42,908 nt of DNA, taken from Candidatus Hermodarchaeota archaeon (GTDB lineage Archaea; Asgardarchaeota; Hermodarchaeia; Hermodarchaeales; Hermodarchaeaceae). Shown here piece after piece: positions 9,960-19,438 of the stretch. Every line of letters begins with the position of its first letter. Position 1 is the stretch's first letter. The stretch lies in assembly GCA_016839365.1 (NCBI GenBank), contig JAEOUH010000004.1:1-42908 (forward strand), in the 5' to 3' direction. The translations under genes and the position numbers were made by a program. The notes under the pieces are model-generated. The model was not told the DNA's origin and made no database searches. It saw only the letters and a list, made by a program, of their open reading frames with translations.

Positions 9960-11228
9960 CTAATGACAACACGCCACTTTAACAATTTCCGCGAATCGAT
10001 ATACTTCGGTAAAGGTGTTATAGAAGGGAGTTGGGGCGACCCGTATAACATCGGGTTCTCGCCAATCACAATATATTCCGGCCTTTGTGAGATGTTCAAA
10101 GAGGGTTTTCCCGTTTTGATGGGTTTGGATTGAGAGTTGACAACCGCGTTGATCAGGGTCACGGGGTGTGAGAATGGTGAATTGATCAGTTCCGATTTGG
10201 TCGAGAAGAAATTCTAAGTAACCTGTAAGCTGGAGAGATTTTTCGCGGAGCCGTGGTAGAGTCACTTGATCAAACATTTTCAAGGAGGCATCAAGTGGAG
10301 CAAGCAGAAGGGGAGAGAAGCTGCTGATTTGCCAACCCGCAGCTCCAATGCTTGCATTAATTTCAGGTTCCATAAGGAAGCGGCTTTGAAGTTTATTACC
10401 CCACCATCCTTCAAATCGTGGACGGTCCTGTTCAGAAAAATGGCTTTCGTGTACAAAGCAACCACCAGGACCCCCTGGACCCCCATTCAAATACTTATAA
10501 GTGCACCAAACCGCAAAATCCACTTTCCAATCGTGTAATTTTAATGGAATATTTCCTACAGCGTGCGCCAAATCATATCCAACGATGGCACCATGCTCAT
10601 GGGCCAGATTAGCAATTTCTTTCAACTTGAAGGCTTGTCCGGAATAATAGTTAACACCACCTAAGAGAATGAGTGCCACGGAATCCCCTGTTTCCTCAAA
10701 GAGTGCCTTGAAATCACCAAGGGTAATAGTGGTTCCCCTCTCAGGAGTTACCTTTAACAAAGCATTAGCTGGGTCGATGTGATGAAAGCGCATTTGGGAT
10801 TTGATGGCATACTCATCGCTAGGGAAGGTTTTCTCTTCAATGATGACTTTATAACGGTTTTTTGTTGGTTGATAAAAAGAGACCAGCATTAAATGAAGAT
10901 TAACAGAGAGGGCATTCATCAAGACAACTTCGGATGTTTTTGCCCCAACAATTTTAGCCATGCTTGATTGAAGAGAATCTCCATAAGTAATCCAAGGAGC
11001 ATCAGCTTTGGTGTAGGCTTCAACACCCCACATCTCCCAATCTTTCAGAATTTTTTCAAGGTGCGCCCGTGTTGTTTTTGGTTGTAATCCTAAAGAATTT
11101 CCTAAGAAATAGGTGGCAGGTTTACCTCTGACATCTTTAGGGAGATGAAAGTCATTTCGGTAGTTGGAAAGGGGATCCTTGGCATCCATCTTCGATGAAA
11201 AGGTTTTACTCGCTTCGAATTGTGTCAT
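9960..11228 (-). CDS. kynU: Kynureninase (PLP-dependent)
   Basis: YFLGNSLGLQP, FPSDEY, DLAHAVGN, WCTYKYLNGGPG, RGCQLS, DWREPDVIRVAPTPFYN. Confidence 0.95.
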   Translation of the reverse strand: MTQFEASKTFSSKMDAKDPLSNYRNDFHLPKDVRGKPATYFLGNSLGLQPKTTRAHLEKILKDWEMWGVEAYTKADAPWITYGDSLQSSMAKIVGAKTSEVVLMNALSVNLHLMLVSFYQPTKNRYKVIIEEKTFPSDEYAIKSQMRFHHIDPANALLKVTPERGTTITLGDFKALFEETGDSVALILLGGVNYYSGQAFKLKEIANLAHEHGAIVGYDLAHAVGNIPLKLHDWKVDFAVWCTYKYLNGGPGGPGGCFVHESHFSEQDRPRFEGWWGNKLQSRFLMEPEINASIGAAGWQISSFSPLLLAPLDASLKMFDQVTLPRLREKSLQLTGYLEFLLDQIGTDQFTILTPRDPDQRGCQLSIQTHQNGKTLFEHLTKAGIYCDWREPDVIRVAPTPFYNTFTEVYRFAEIVKVACCH

Positions 11229-11364
11229 ATTCTGTCCTCACCCAGCTTTTCTGAAGAAGTATGTGAATTCTTGCAGATTGAAGAAGTTGGTGACTTAAGA
11301 CTATCACATTGAAGGGAGTATGAAGCACAATCCTTTGTTATAGGACTTTGGTTTTGATAATCGT

Positions 11365-12480
11365 TTAGAAGAAGAAGGTGTCTTTGTCCTCGTCATCGGG
11401 TTCTTTGGGTTCTTCTGATTCCTCTTCCTGTTCAGGTGTTGTTTCTGGTGGTTCTTCAGTAAAAGTTGGTTCCTCAAAGATTATCGGTTCTAATGGCGTT
11501 CTAGGTTCGTCTTCGGAAGTGTCTGGTTCGGGTTCGGTAACTGGCTCAGCTTCAGGAGCTTCTTCGGGCTCAGGAACCGGTGGAACAGGCGGGGGTGTCG
11601 TTTCGAGTTCGCCAGGTTCTTCTTCTACTTCGGTTGAAATCTCCTCTTCATCTTCCTCTTCCTCCTCTTCCTCCTCTTCCTCCTCTTCCTCCTCTTCCTC
11701 CTCTTCCTCCTCTTCCTCCTCTTCCTCTTCGTATTCGAGTTCCGAAAAAGGAGTTAGTGTGATATTTCCATCTTCGACTTCGTATAGATAAAGCAGAGGA
11801 ACAAAATCAACGCCACGCATTTTCTCAATTTGGCAACCGATTTGCCAGCCTTCTTCGTCATAGATTTTGTAGAGAGCGATGACTCCATCGGCAATATGCT
11901 CAAGCAGGCGAAGGTCCTCCTCATCGTGAGCCTCACGGGCGAGAGTGTAAAGGAGAATATTCCCATGAGCCTTTTGCTCACGTATTTGATGATGCACGTA
12001 GTTGATGGTATCATCCACTTCACGAGCAGAATGCAGGATAGAGGTGAGAGAATCAACCACACCGCGCAAGTTATCCTTGGGCTTCGTTGTCAAGACCGCC
12101 TTACGGATTGTGTCATGGACGTGCCGTGAATTACCCAGGTCATGTACCGAGAACTCGCTTTCAGGTTCAAACTCACCCCATCCAAATGCATCGGTAAACG
12201 CATCAATGCCAACGAGCTGTTTGGATTTCAGAGCTTTGTCCACATCGATACCTTTGTTGCGAAGTTGGTCGTAGGGAATTCGGAGTGGATATTCCGAACA
12301 GAAAAGATAAGCAAATTCGCCTTTGTTCAAGCCCGTGGCCAGGAAGGTTGTAATGAACGCATCAGGGCGGGTGCCACTATCAACTTCTAGTAAAATCACG
12401 TATCCCCGTGGGACACCGCCGCCTAGCGCCTCGTCGAGTTCAGGAATGCCAAGTGGTGTTTTATCCGACATGTTTTCCAC
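11365..12480 (-). CDS. KaiC/RAD55-family protein with degenerate Walker A and a long acidic/Pro-rich tail
   Basis: LGIPELDEALGGGVPRG, VVDSLT, EHIADGVI, IEKMRG; the P-loop reads EVDSGTRPD; about 120-aa Glu/Pro tail ending DTFFF. Likely start 12471. Confidence 0.85.
   Translation of the reverse strand: MENMSDKTPLGIPELDEALGGGVPRGYVILLEVDSGTRPDAFITTFLATGLNKGEFAYLFCSEYPLRIPYDQLRNKGIDVDKALKSKQLVGIDAFTDAFGWGEFEPESEFSVHDLGNSRHVHDTIRKAVLTTKPKDNLRGVVDSLTSILHSAREVDDTINYVHHQIREQKAHGNILLYTLAREAHDEEDLRLLEHIADGVIALYKIYDEEGWQIGCQIEKMRGVDFVPLLYLYEVEDGNITLTPFSELEYEEEEEEEEEEEEEEEEEEEEEEEEEEDEEEISTEVEEEPGELETTPPPVPPVPEPEEAPEAEPVTEPEPDTSEDEPRTPLEPIIFEEPTFTEEPPETTPEQEEESEEPKEPDDEDKDTFFF
11656..11727. repeat. Perfect tandem repeat (CTCTTCCTC)x8 encoding poly-Glu
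   Basis: Eight consecutive 9-bp units counted from the sequence, within a run of about 26 Glu codons. Confidence 0.95.
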
Positions 12481-12609
12481 TCAATTGTCCGAAGACAATT
12501 CACTATCAAAAACCTTCTGGTCAAAAATTCTGCTCACTGAAGAAAGTAAGAATTAATTAACACAACCTTACAAGCATTTTAAGGATACTTCAGTAATTGG
12601 AGGAGAAGA

Positions 12610-12792
12610 CTGTCAAAACTGGATTTAGTATGCCCGCTTTACGGTGGAACGAAGTTACGCATTCAAACGATGCGCCTAGGAATGGTTTTTCCTGGTGATG
12701 TGTTTATTCGTTTAGATTGCCTTGATTGTCGGCTTGTGCTCCTATTTTCAGAAGGTGAATCCCTTTTCAGCCATGTATTTGATGATCAATAG
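12610..12792 (+). CDS. Zn-ribbon microprotein paralogue (CTG start, one Cys replaced); possibly decaying
   Basis: Manual translation (M)SKLDLVCPLYGGTKLRIQTMRLGMVFPGDVFIRLDCLDCRLVLLFSEGESLFSHVFDDQ*; GGAGGAG SD; aligns with 12942..13118. Confidence 0.65.
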   Translation: MSKLDLVCPLYGGTKLRIQTMRLGMVFPGDVFIRLDCLDCRLVLLFSEGESLFSHVFDDQ

Positions 12793-12941
12793 ACAGAATC
12801 ATTTGAGTAATTAGATTTAGAAGATGCTATTAGGTAAAATTTGATAGTCTTAGTATTTATCGTAATAGCGGGCAAGGTTTAATTATCCAAATTCTGCTAG
12901 TCAAAGTGCAGTAAACGGATATGCTGGAGGCTACAGAAAGT

Positions 12942-13118
12942 ATGTCTAAGCAACAATTAACATGTCCTTTATGTGGAAATACTGAATTTAAGAAAGAAGA
13001 AGGCCGAATGGACAGCCGTTGGGGCGTCACAAGCCACAAGATTACTCTAATGATTTGTACTCATTGTCGATTCATTATGCAGTTTTCGAAAGGTCGGTCC
13101 ATCTTCGACTTTGACTAA
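12942..13118 (+). CDS. Small Zn-ribbon protein
   Basis: CPLC...CTHC pair in 58 aa; GGAGG SD upstream. Confidence 0.8.
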   Translation: MSKQQLTCPLCGNTEFKKEEGRMDSRWGVTSHKITLMICTHCRFIMQFSKGRSIFDFD

Positions 13119-13555
13119 GAATAATCCCGTGTATAATGCTCGGGATCTTCGACAACATTGTATCGATTGCCATCGAGGTCTTCAAACCCAGCCATATAGC
13201 CACCCCAAGGCATTTCCTCAGGGAGCATATGGAAATGAACTCCACGCTCCTTCATCTTCTTGTAAAACGCATCGAGGTCATGGACTTCGAAGGTGATGCC
13301 TGTATCACGCCCGATTTGGTTGAGCTGCCACTCATACCTGATGGGATCTGCATCAGGGTTAGGTTCAACGAGGGCGATTTTTGCCCGTTCATCCGGAGGT
13401 CCAAGTTCCACCCACCCAAACCGTGGTGCATCCAAAATCACCGGAAATTCTAAGATGTCTTGGAAAAATTCTATCGCTGATTCTTGGTTGGAGACGAAGA
13501 CACGAACGGTCCAAACCCGATATATCGCATCTTTTGTTCCTTTTTTGGTTGTCAT
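13115..13555 (-). CDS. VOC (glyoxalase/bleomycin resistance) family protein
   Basis: VFVSNQESAIEFFQDILEF, ITFEVHDLD, PWGG, FEDLDGNRY. Confidence 0.9.
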   Translation of the reverse strand: MTTKKGTKDAIYRVWTVRVFVSNQESAIEFFQDILEFPVILDAPRFGWVELGPPDERAKIALVEPNPDADPIRYEWQLNQIGRDTGITFEVHDLDAFYKKMKERGVHFHMLPEEMPWGGYMAGFEDLDGNRYNVVEDPEHYTRDYS

Positions 13556-13714
13556 AAAGGGTCACTGCAGGTGCTTTAAATCTTAGGTGACATAACTCTT
13601 ACTCTATTGTATAGTCAAGGGAAATAAAACCCTGAAAAGATTCGAATACAAAGGCTTTAATAACCTAAAAACCGGAGTGCCGCTATCAACCCTCGAATGT
13701 GAGGAGGAAACAAC

Positions 13715-14944
13715 ATGGACTTTGAATTTTCCCAAGAAGAAGAAATGTTCCGACAAACAGTTCGGGACTTTGCCCAAAAAGAAATCCGTCCCTACACACG
13801 GGAAATGGATGAAACGGGCAAACTACCCAAGGGACTTGTCAAGAAGATGGCCGACCTTGGACTCCTGGGTATCACAATTCCAGAAAAATACGGCGGACCC
13901 GGCGGCAATTTCATGCTTGCCTGTATTGCAGCAGAGGAACTTGCACGCGCGGATCTTAGTATCGCGATTCCAGTCTTTTATCTTGTCGAAGCTAGCTGGG
14001 CGTGGGTTTTTGCCCGACACGGCACAGAGGAAGCCAAACAAGAAATACTTCCCAAAGTTGCCAAAGGTGAATACTTCTTTGGTATTGCCACCACTGAACC
14101 CGGTGGAGGTAGCGATATTGTAGGTGCAACCAAGACGACGATCACTGAGGAAAGTGACAAGTACGTGGTGAACGGAGAAAAGGTCTACATTAGTGGCGTC
14201 CGCGAATCAACAACCGAAATGAAAGGCCGTTACTTCACCACGGCCTACTTAGATAAGAAAGCATCACCCAAACATCGTGGAATCGCGGCATTCATCCTAC
14301 CGGTAGAAAAAGACACCCCTGGTTTGACTCCAACCCTCTTTGAAGACTGGGGACGGATGGGTATTAGCACCGGTGGCTTCGCCATGGACAACGTGGAAGT
14401 CCCCAAGCACTGGTTAATCGGCGATCCCAAAAAAGGGTTCGTCTACTCCATGGAAGGCTTCTCCGCGGCGCGAGTCATCATCGGCGCCACTTGCATCGGA
14501 TGTGCCCTCGAGGGACTCGAAATCGGCATGAACTACATCCGCCAACGCAAAGCCTTCGGCAAAGAGCTCGGTAAATACGAAGGTATCAGCTTCCCACTTG
14601 CTGAATGGTACAGTAAACTCATGGGCGACCGCCTTGTCATGTACAAGGCTGCATGGCTCATGGACCAAGTTTATGCCGGCAAAACTAAGTACAGCCACTT
14701 CGATGTCGCGCTCTGGACCGCCATGGCTAAACTCCGCGCTCCTATTGACGCCTTCGGCATCCTTAACGAAGTCGCCGACTGGCACGGAGCTTTTGCATAC
14801 ACAAAAGATAGTGAACTGGATCTCGGAATCCGGGGTGTGCGATCATATAGTATCGGTGCTGAGGGCGGTATGAACATCATGCGGCTAATCATTGGTCGTG
14901 AGCTACTCGGCAAAGAATTTGTGCCCTACGATCGTCCGAAATAG
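13715..14944 (+). CDS. Acyl-CoA dehydrogenase
   Basis: MDFEFSQEEEMFRQTVRDFA, IPEKYGG, TEPGGGSD, VNGEKVYIS, RKAFGK, HGAFAY, IGAEGG. Confidence 0.93.
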   Translation: MDFEFSQEEEMFRQTVRDFAQKEIRPYTREMDETGKLPKGLVKKMADLGLLGITIPEKYGGPGGNFMLACIAAEELARADLSIAIPVFYLVEASWAWVFARHGTEEAKQEILPKVAKGEYFFGIATTEPGGGSDIVGATKTTITEESDKYVVNGEKVYISGVRESTTEMKGRYFTTAYLDKKASPKHRGIAAFILPVEKDTPGLTPTLFEDWGRMGISTGGFAMDNVEVPKHWLIGDPKKGFVYSMEGFSAARVIIGATCIGCALEGLEIGMNYIRQRKAFGKELGKYEGISFPLAEWYSKLMGDRLVMYKAAWLMDQVYAGKTKYSHFDVALWTAMAKLRAPIDAFGILNEVADWHGAFAYTKDSELDLGIRGVRSYSIGAEGGMNIMRLIIGRELLGKEFVPYDRPK

Positions 14945-14950
14945 AACAGT

Positions 14951-14982
14951 GAGTGCAGTTTCGGCACTCCATACCTTTTTTT
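14951..14982 (+). terminator. Hairpin plus U-tract terminator after the acyl-CoA dehydrogenase
   Basis: GAGTGC-AGTTTCG-GCACTC followed by CTTTTTTT. Confidence 0.55.
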
Positions 14983-15008
14983 CTTGTACGTATTACGCTA
15001 GGCTCTAT

Positions 15009-15641
15009 TCAAGCCTTTGGGAAGAGTTTTAGAAAATAGTACCCTTGCAACGTAGACCATAATACGAGGCTATATACCGCGACTTTTTGCATGGTCGCAC
15101 TGCTGAAAATCGGTACATGGGCAATGATGCCAACGAATTAAGCAAAAGCTAGGATGCCGATGATGATGCCGATCAGCCCGAAGAGGTTTGAATACTCACT
15201 GTTGAGAAATATGGCAACAGAGTAGATGATGATCGCGATGGCAATGAGAAAGAAGAACACCTGTGTAGCGATGCCATGTTGGAATGGGAAGGCGTCGACG
15301 GCGAAGATGGCAAGGGCCGAGAGGAAGGGCATTGCAGCGAGGCCGAGGATGGTTCCAATCCCGCTGATGATGAGGAGTGGAGTTGTTTTGGTGAAAAGGG
15401 TTCGCAATGCGAGAAAGAACGGGATGCTGGCTACTGCTACAAATGTGCAGGTTATCGCGAAGAGGATGTTATGGTGGGGAGTAGGCGCACCGTTGGTGAC
15501 TGTGAGTCCGAGTGAGCTGAAAGTGTTTACGAAGAAGTTGTATCCTGGGAATGGGTAGATGGTCATGAGGATAGCGGTAATGATAATGAACTGTATGGGT
15601 CCGATTATTCCAAGGTAGGCTCCAATTCGTTTCCATGACAT
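15009..15641 (-). pseudogene. DUF998-like membrane protein interrupted by an in-frame TAA
   Basis: YNFFVNTFSSLG motif. After TAA (15138-15140) the same frame continues FVGIIAHVPIFSSATMQKVAVYSLVLWSTLQGYYFLKLFPKA* to 15009. Confidence 0.7.
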
Positions 15642-15706
15642 GGTCAGGTTACATCACCATCCAGTGTTATATTTGAGGTGATCTTTATCTTTCGTGCTGT
15701 TCTCCA

Positions 15707-15988
15707 TTAAATACGGTAATACTGCGTACTAATATTGACACGCTGGTGACTACTTGCAGGAAGATTAGGTTGAAATAGATTTTTGTTGATTAACCAGTTG
15801 TCTTGTTGTAGTTTGATTTGAGAGTTTACAATCATCAAAGAAAAGCTAACCTTTTTCAACAACTTTAACAAAATATTACAACTGGAGGGATTCTCAATAT
15901 CATATCCAACTTGGACTAATTTATATCCAGTAGATGGTCCTTCAATCTGGCAATACTTGATTACTTTTCTTCTGATCGCGATCTTCAT
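15707..15988 (-). CDS. Hypothetical protein in an AT-rich segment (uncertain)
   Basis: 93-aa ORF only; no recognisable motif. Confidence 0.25.
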   Translation of the reverse strand: MKIAIRRKVIKYCQIEGPSTGYKLVQVGYDIENPSSCNILLKLLKKVSFSLMIVNSQIKLQQDNWLINKNLFQPNLPASSHQRVNISTQYYRI

Positions 15989-16263
15989 AATTGAGCTCTA
16001 TCGTCTTTGGAAATGCAGGCGACCCTGAGTCAACGAACAGGCCAAAGAATAGAAGAATATTCAAGTAACCAGTACTTGAGACCAATCACCCTCCATCCTC
16101 TTTTTTTCTACTTCCAAAAAAAGTCTAGAACCGATACTACAAGAAATGACTACAGCTCCTAACAGAAAGGATTCTTCTATCTTCCCCCAATCGGATATAT
16201 ACTTTAATAGAAGTACTTACCAGAAAGAATGTTCCTTATCGTAATAGATTTGGAGGGAGACAA

Positions 16264-18126
16264 ATGGCACTAGTTGACAAAGCTCTATTTCAAAAATTAA
16301 AGGTTACAGCTATTGTGACACTTAAATCAAAAACAAACAAATCATTAATTAATAAAGTTCATAACGAAACAAACTTCGCACAATTTGACCCCCCAGATGG
16401 TGCAATTGACAAAGTCGCTAATCTGCTAAAAGGAAAAGGATTCATCGTAGGACCTAAAGGCCGTTTCAGCATAGTGATTTCAGGATTATTATCGCTCTTC
16501 CATAAAAGATTCTCTGTTAACTTCGCCCGCGAGGAGCTCTCTATCAAAGTACCACCAAAAAACCAGCAATTAAGAATGAGGCATCCAAGACTTCATTATA
16601 TTGTACCAAAGGGTAAACTTGACCCGAAAAAACTAGGAGCTTGGGGAAAACATATTGCCGATATAACAATGGCAGGTGTCAGCCCCATTCAATGTCAAAT
16701 CCACGTGTTCCCACCACATATACCGCCACCACCTTTGGTGCCACCACCGCCTCCACCAATGCCATATGGTCGAATCACACCTCCGAGCGATATATCTCGG
16801 TTATTGAACGCTGATCTTATTCATCCGAAATACACAGGAAAAGGCGTTCATGTAGTCATGATTGACTCAGGATTCTGGCACGTCAAAGAGGATACAAAGA
16901 ACAATTTTCATCTATTTTATGAGTACAATTTATCCAGGCAAGTCCTTAATGAAATCGATGTAATCTTAGCTCCAAATTCAGCGGGTGGGATTTCTTGGAC
17001 TGATGCACAATTAGATGAGGGGGGACATGGTACTGCGATAGCTTCTGGATTGTTTTCAATAGCCCCTAATATCACGTTCACGATGATAAAAGCAGGTGCG
17101 ATTGCATTTAATTTCTTAGACTTAGCTTACTACAGTGGCATTCATCTGGTTGATGGTTTCTTATTAGCTCAAAATATACCGAATAGACCAAAACCAGATA
17201 TAATTCTATTTTGTGCTGGTGCACCTGAAGAATGGTGTGTGCCCGGGCAGACCCAAGGTAATCTGAAACAAGCATTAGAAGGCGCAATAGCCGATGAGTT
17301 GAATAAAGGGACAGTCATTGTTGCGGCATCAGGAAATACCCAAGAACCAGATGGAACTAGTCAAAATTGGGGACCAATCGTCTGGCCTGCTACGTACCCC
17401 GATGTTATTGCTGTAGGTGGTGCCTATCCTGAAGATCCAACACTTGCCCATTCGGATTTAACATGGATAGCCTCCGATGCAGCTTCTAGTGGCACCTCAG
17501 TTCTGCATCCCCCGCGTAAAGTCCCTGATGTGTGTGGATTATGTGGTCCTGTGGTAATAGAGGATTTGTTTGATAGATTTGGGAATCAAATTAAGGTCAG
17601 GTATCCTGCCCCCTATCAAGCCATGCCCACACAATGGGGCTGTATGGCAGATGATAAGATTGGCCAAGGTAATTGTTCATATGATGGGTGGGTTTATACT
17701 ACTGGAACCTCTTGTTCGGCGCCCATGGTGGCTGGTGTTGTAGCGCTGATGCTTGAGAGGATAAGGAAAATTAGTGGGCTAATACTAAGAAGGACCTCAG
17801 GAATTGGACTACGATTACCCCAAGTCTTGCTAAAACAGATCCCATTAGTGCAAGCCACTTACTGGAATAGTGCATCTATCCTGCTTCCACGCTATATAAA
17901 GGAGGTTCTGAAAAGAACTGCGATTGATGTACAACAGGGTGTTAGTGCGAATAACGAACCGACGGGACCAAATGAAGATCCTGCAACAGGTGCTGGTGTA
18001 GTCAATGCTGCTGAAGCCTGCAACTATATCAACTACCGTAATATGAGAAACTCCCTTACTTCAAGATATATCAACTTTAAAGCCTTTGATGGCAGTGCGT
18101 TCCAGTATGGTGATTTCTTCACATAA
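16264..18126 (+). CDS. S8 subtilisin-like serine protease with N-terminal prodomain and poly-Pro linker
   Basis: Triad motifs MIDSG, GHGT, GTSCSAPMVAG; oxyanion AASGN; VIAVGG, VPDVCG, TGAGVVNA; GGAGG SD. Confidence 0.9.
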   Translation: MALVDKALFQKLKVTAIVTLKSKTNKSLINKVHNETNFAQFDPPDGAIDKVANLLKGKGFIVGPKGRFSIVISGLLSLFHKRFSVNFAREELSIKVPPKNQQLRMRHPRLHYIVPKGKLDPKKLGAWGKHIADITMAGVSPIQCQIHVFPPHIPPPPLVPPPPPPMPYGRITPPSDISRLLNADLIHPKYTGKGVHVVMIDSGFWHVKEDTKNNFHLFYEYNLSRQVLNEIDVILAPNSAGGISWTDAQLDEGGHGTAIASGLFSIAPNITFTMIKAGAIAFNFLDLAYYSGIHLVDGFLLAQNIPNRPKPDIILFCAGAPEEWCVPGQTQGNLKQALEGAIADELNKGTVIVAASGNTQEPDGTSQNWGPIVWPATYPDVIAVGGAYPEDPTLAHSDLTWIASDAASSGTSVLHPPRKVPDVCGLCGPVVIEDLFDRFGNQIKVRYPAPYQAMPTQWGCMADDKIGQGNCSYDGWVYTTGTSCSAPMVAGVVALMLERIRKISGLILRRTSGIGLRLPQVLLKQIPLVQATYWNSASILLPRYIKEVLKRTAIDVQQGVSANNEPTGPNEDPATGAGVVNAAEACNYINYRNMRNSLTSRYINFKAFDGSAFQYGDFFT

Positions 18127-18180
18127 TCATGTACATTCATATTTTTATGATGCTGTTAACTTAAGATGCCATAGATTGGG

Positions 18181-18218
18181 AACATTAGATGCTGCATGGG
18201 TGGTGCAGCGATGTTTCA
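18181..18218 (+). promoter_or_regulatory. Conserved palindromic element upstream of Lrp-like gene 1
   Basis: GCTGCATGGGTGGTGCAGC begins 76 nt before the ATG at 18267; a near-identical copy precedes the paralogue. Confidence 0.7.
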
Positions 18219-18257
18219 TAAATCCCTCCACCTTCAGGAAATCTAGGAAAGTTTAGC

Positions 18258-19238
18258 GTGACAACTATGGACGAGATTGATAAGAAACTCATATTCGAAC
18301 TACTCGTTGATTATCGGGCTTCTTATCAGTCCATGGCGAAGAAACTCGATTTATCTGTGAACGGTGTGAAGAAACGGTTTGAACGGTTGAAAAGTGTGGG
18401 TATCATTCGTGGTGGGCTTTTGGTACCTGTGCCTAGGATGCTAGGGAGTGAGGAGTGGGTGGCGATTTTACGCATGGAAGGATCGAGTACCTCAGAAGAA
18501 CAGCTGGGTAGAGTGGGCGCACACCGTTTGGTTCGAGCAGGGAGTATTTTAACCGATGGAAGCATGCTATGCTTTGGTAGTGTTGGAGGAGCAAAAGACC
18601 TTCAGGAGATTGGGAGTTATTTGCGCCAAGTCCCTGGAGTAGTAACTGTAGAATTTCACACCGTTTTGAATGATCCAGGAAAGAAGTGTGAGTTGACTAT
18701 GGCTGATTTGAAAGTCCTCCGCTGTTTGCGCGAAGAGCCGCGAATACCAATCAGCGAGATTGCCCAACGAACTGGGTTGACACCACGTCGCATCCGGAAA
18801 ATACTTGTAAATTTATTTGGGGAAAACGGTTCGGAGATAACTTTTTACTTGAATTGGGAACCGCGAGGCGTGGCGCACCCCAATGAGGTGTGTTTTCGTC
18901 TGATGGTTTCGTGGAATTTAAACGCCGGCGGATATACGGCATTCATTATTAGGGTTAAGCATGCAGAAGGCAGTGAAGCCCGAAGTCAGATTGTCAATTG
19001 GTTGAAACGCTCATATCCGTTTGAGTTCTGGTATGCTTATGCGTCGGCCTTCGAACCTGTGATTTTTTGCATATTCATGGTTGAGCATTTACGTGAATCA
19101 ATTGACATAGCGAGTGCTGTGACACAATTACCGGAAGCCACTGATGTGTATCCGATTTTCGGATATCCCACGAAAGTCTTTCGAAGCCAAATAGATGACT
19201 ATTTTGAAACACTCTTCAAACAGCTAGATGCGAAGTGA
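18258..19238 (+). CDS. Lrp/AsnC-like regulator with duplicated HTH-effector modules (paralogue 1)
   Basis: MDEIDKKLIFELLVDYRASYQSMAKKLDLSVNGVKKR and a second HTH DLKVLRCLREEPRIPISEIAQRTGLTPRRIRK. Likely ATG 18267. Confidence 0.85.
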   Translation: MTTMDEIDKKLIFELLVDYRASYQSMAKKLDLSVNGVKKRFERLKSVGIIRGGLLVPVPRMLGSEEWVAILRMEGSSTSEEQLGRVGAHRLVRAGSILTDGSMLCFGSVGGAKDLQEIGSYLRQVPGVVTVEFHTVLNDPGKKCELTMADLKVLRCLREEPRIPISEIAQRTGLTPRRIRKILVNLFGENGSEITFYLNWEPRGVAHPNEVCFRLMVSWNLNAGGYTAFIIRVKHAEGSEARSQIVNWLKRSYPFEFWYAYASAFEPVIFCIFMVEHLRESIDIASAVTQLPEATDVYPIFGYPTKVFRSQIDDYFETLFKQLDAK

Positions 19239-19360
19239 TGGACCTGGTTACTCATCATCGAATCGATTTTTGTACGACTTTTTCTTGTTGAGTATTTCTA
19301 GTAATATCCAGTCTAGGGCTTGTATTTTTAGGTAAGGACCTTATAGTAAATCTGGATTCG

Positions 19361-19400
19361 GACATTGGAACGCTGCATGGGTGGTGCGGCGGTGGTTTCA
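19361..19400 (+). promoter_or_regulatory. Conserved palindromic element upstream of Lrp-like gene 2
   Basis: GCTGCATGGGTGGTGCGGC begins 76 nt before the ATG at 19448. Confidence 0.7.
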
Positions 19401-19438
19401 CAACGTCATCAAATCGATGTAAACCAGATTAGGTAGGT

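Noticed and set aside
11378-11791. Poly-Ser and poly-Pro/Leu ORFs on the + strand
   Set aside because: Antisense shadows of the poly-Glu repeat in the KaiC-like gene.
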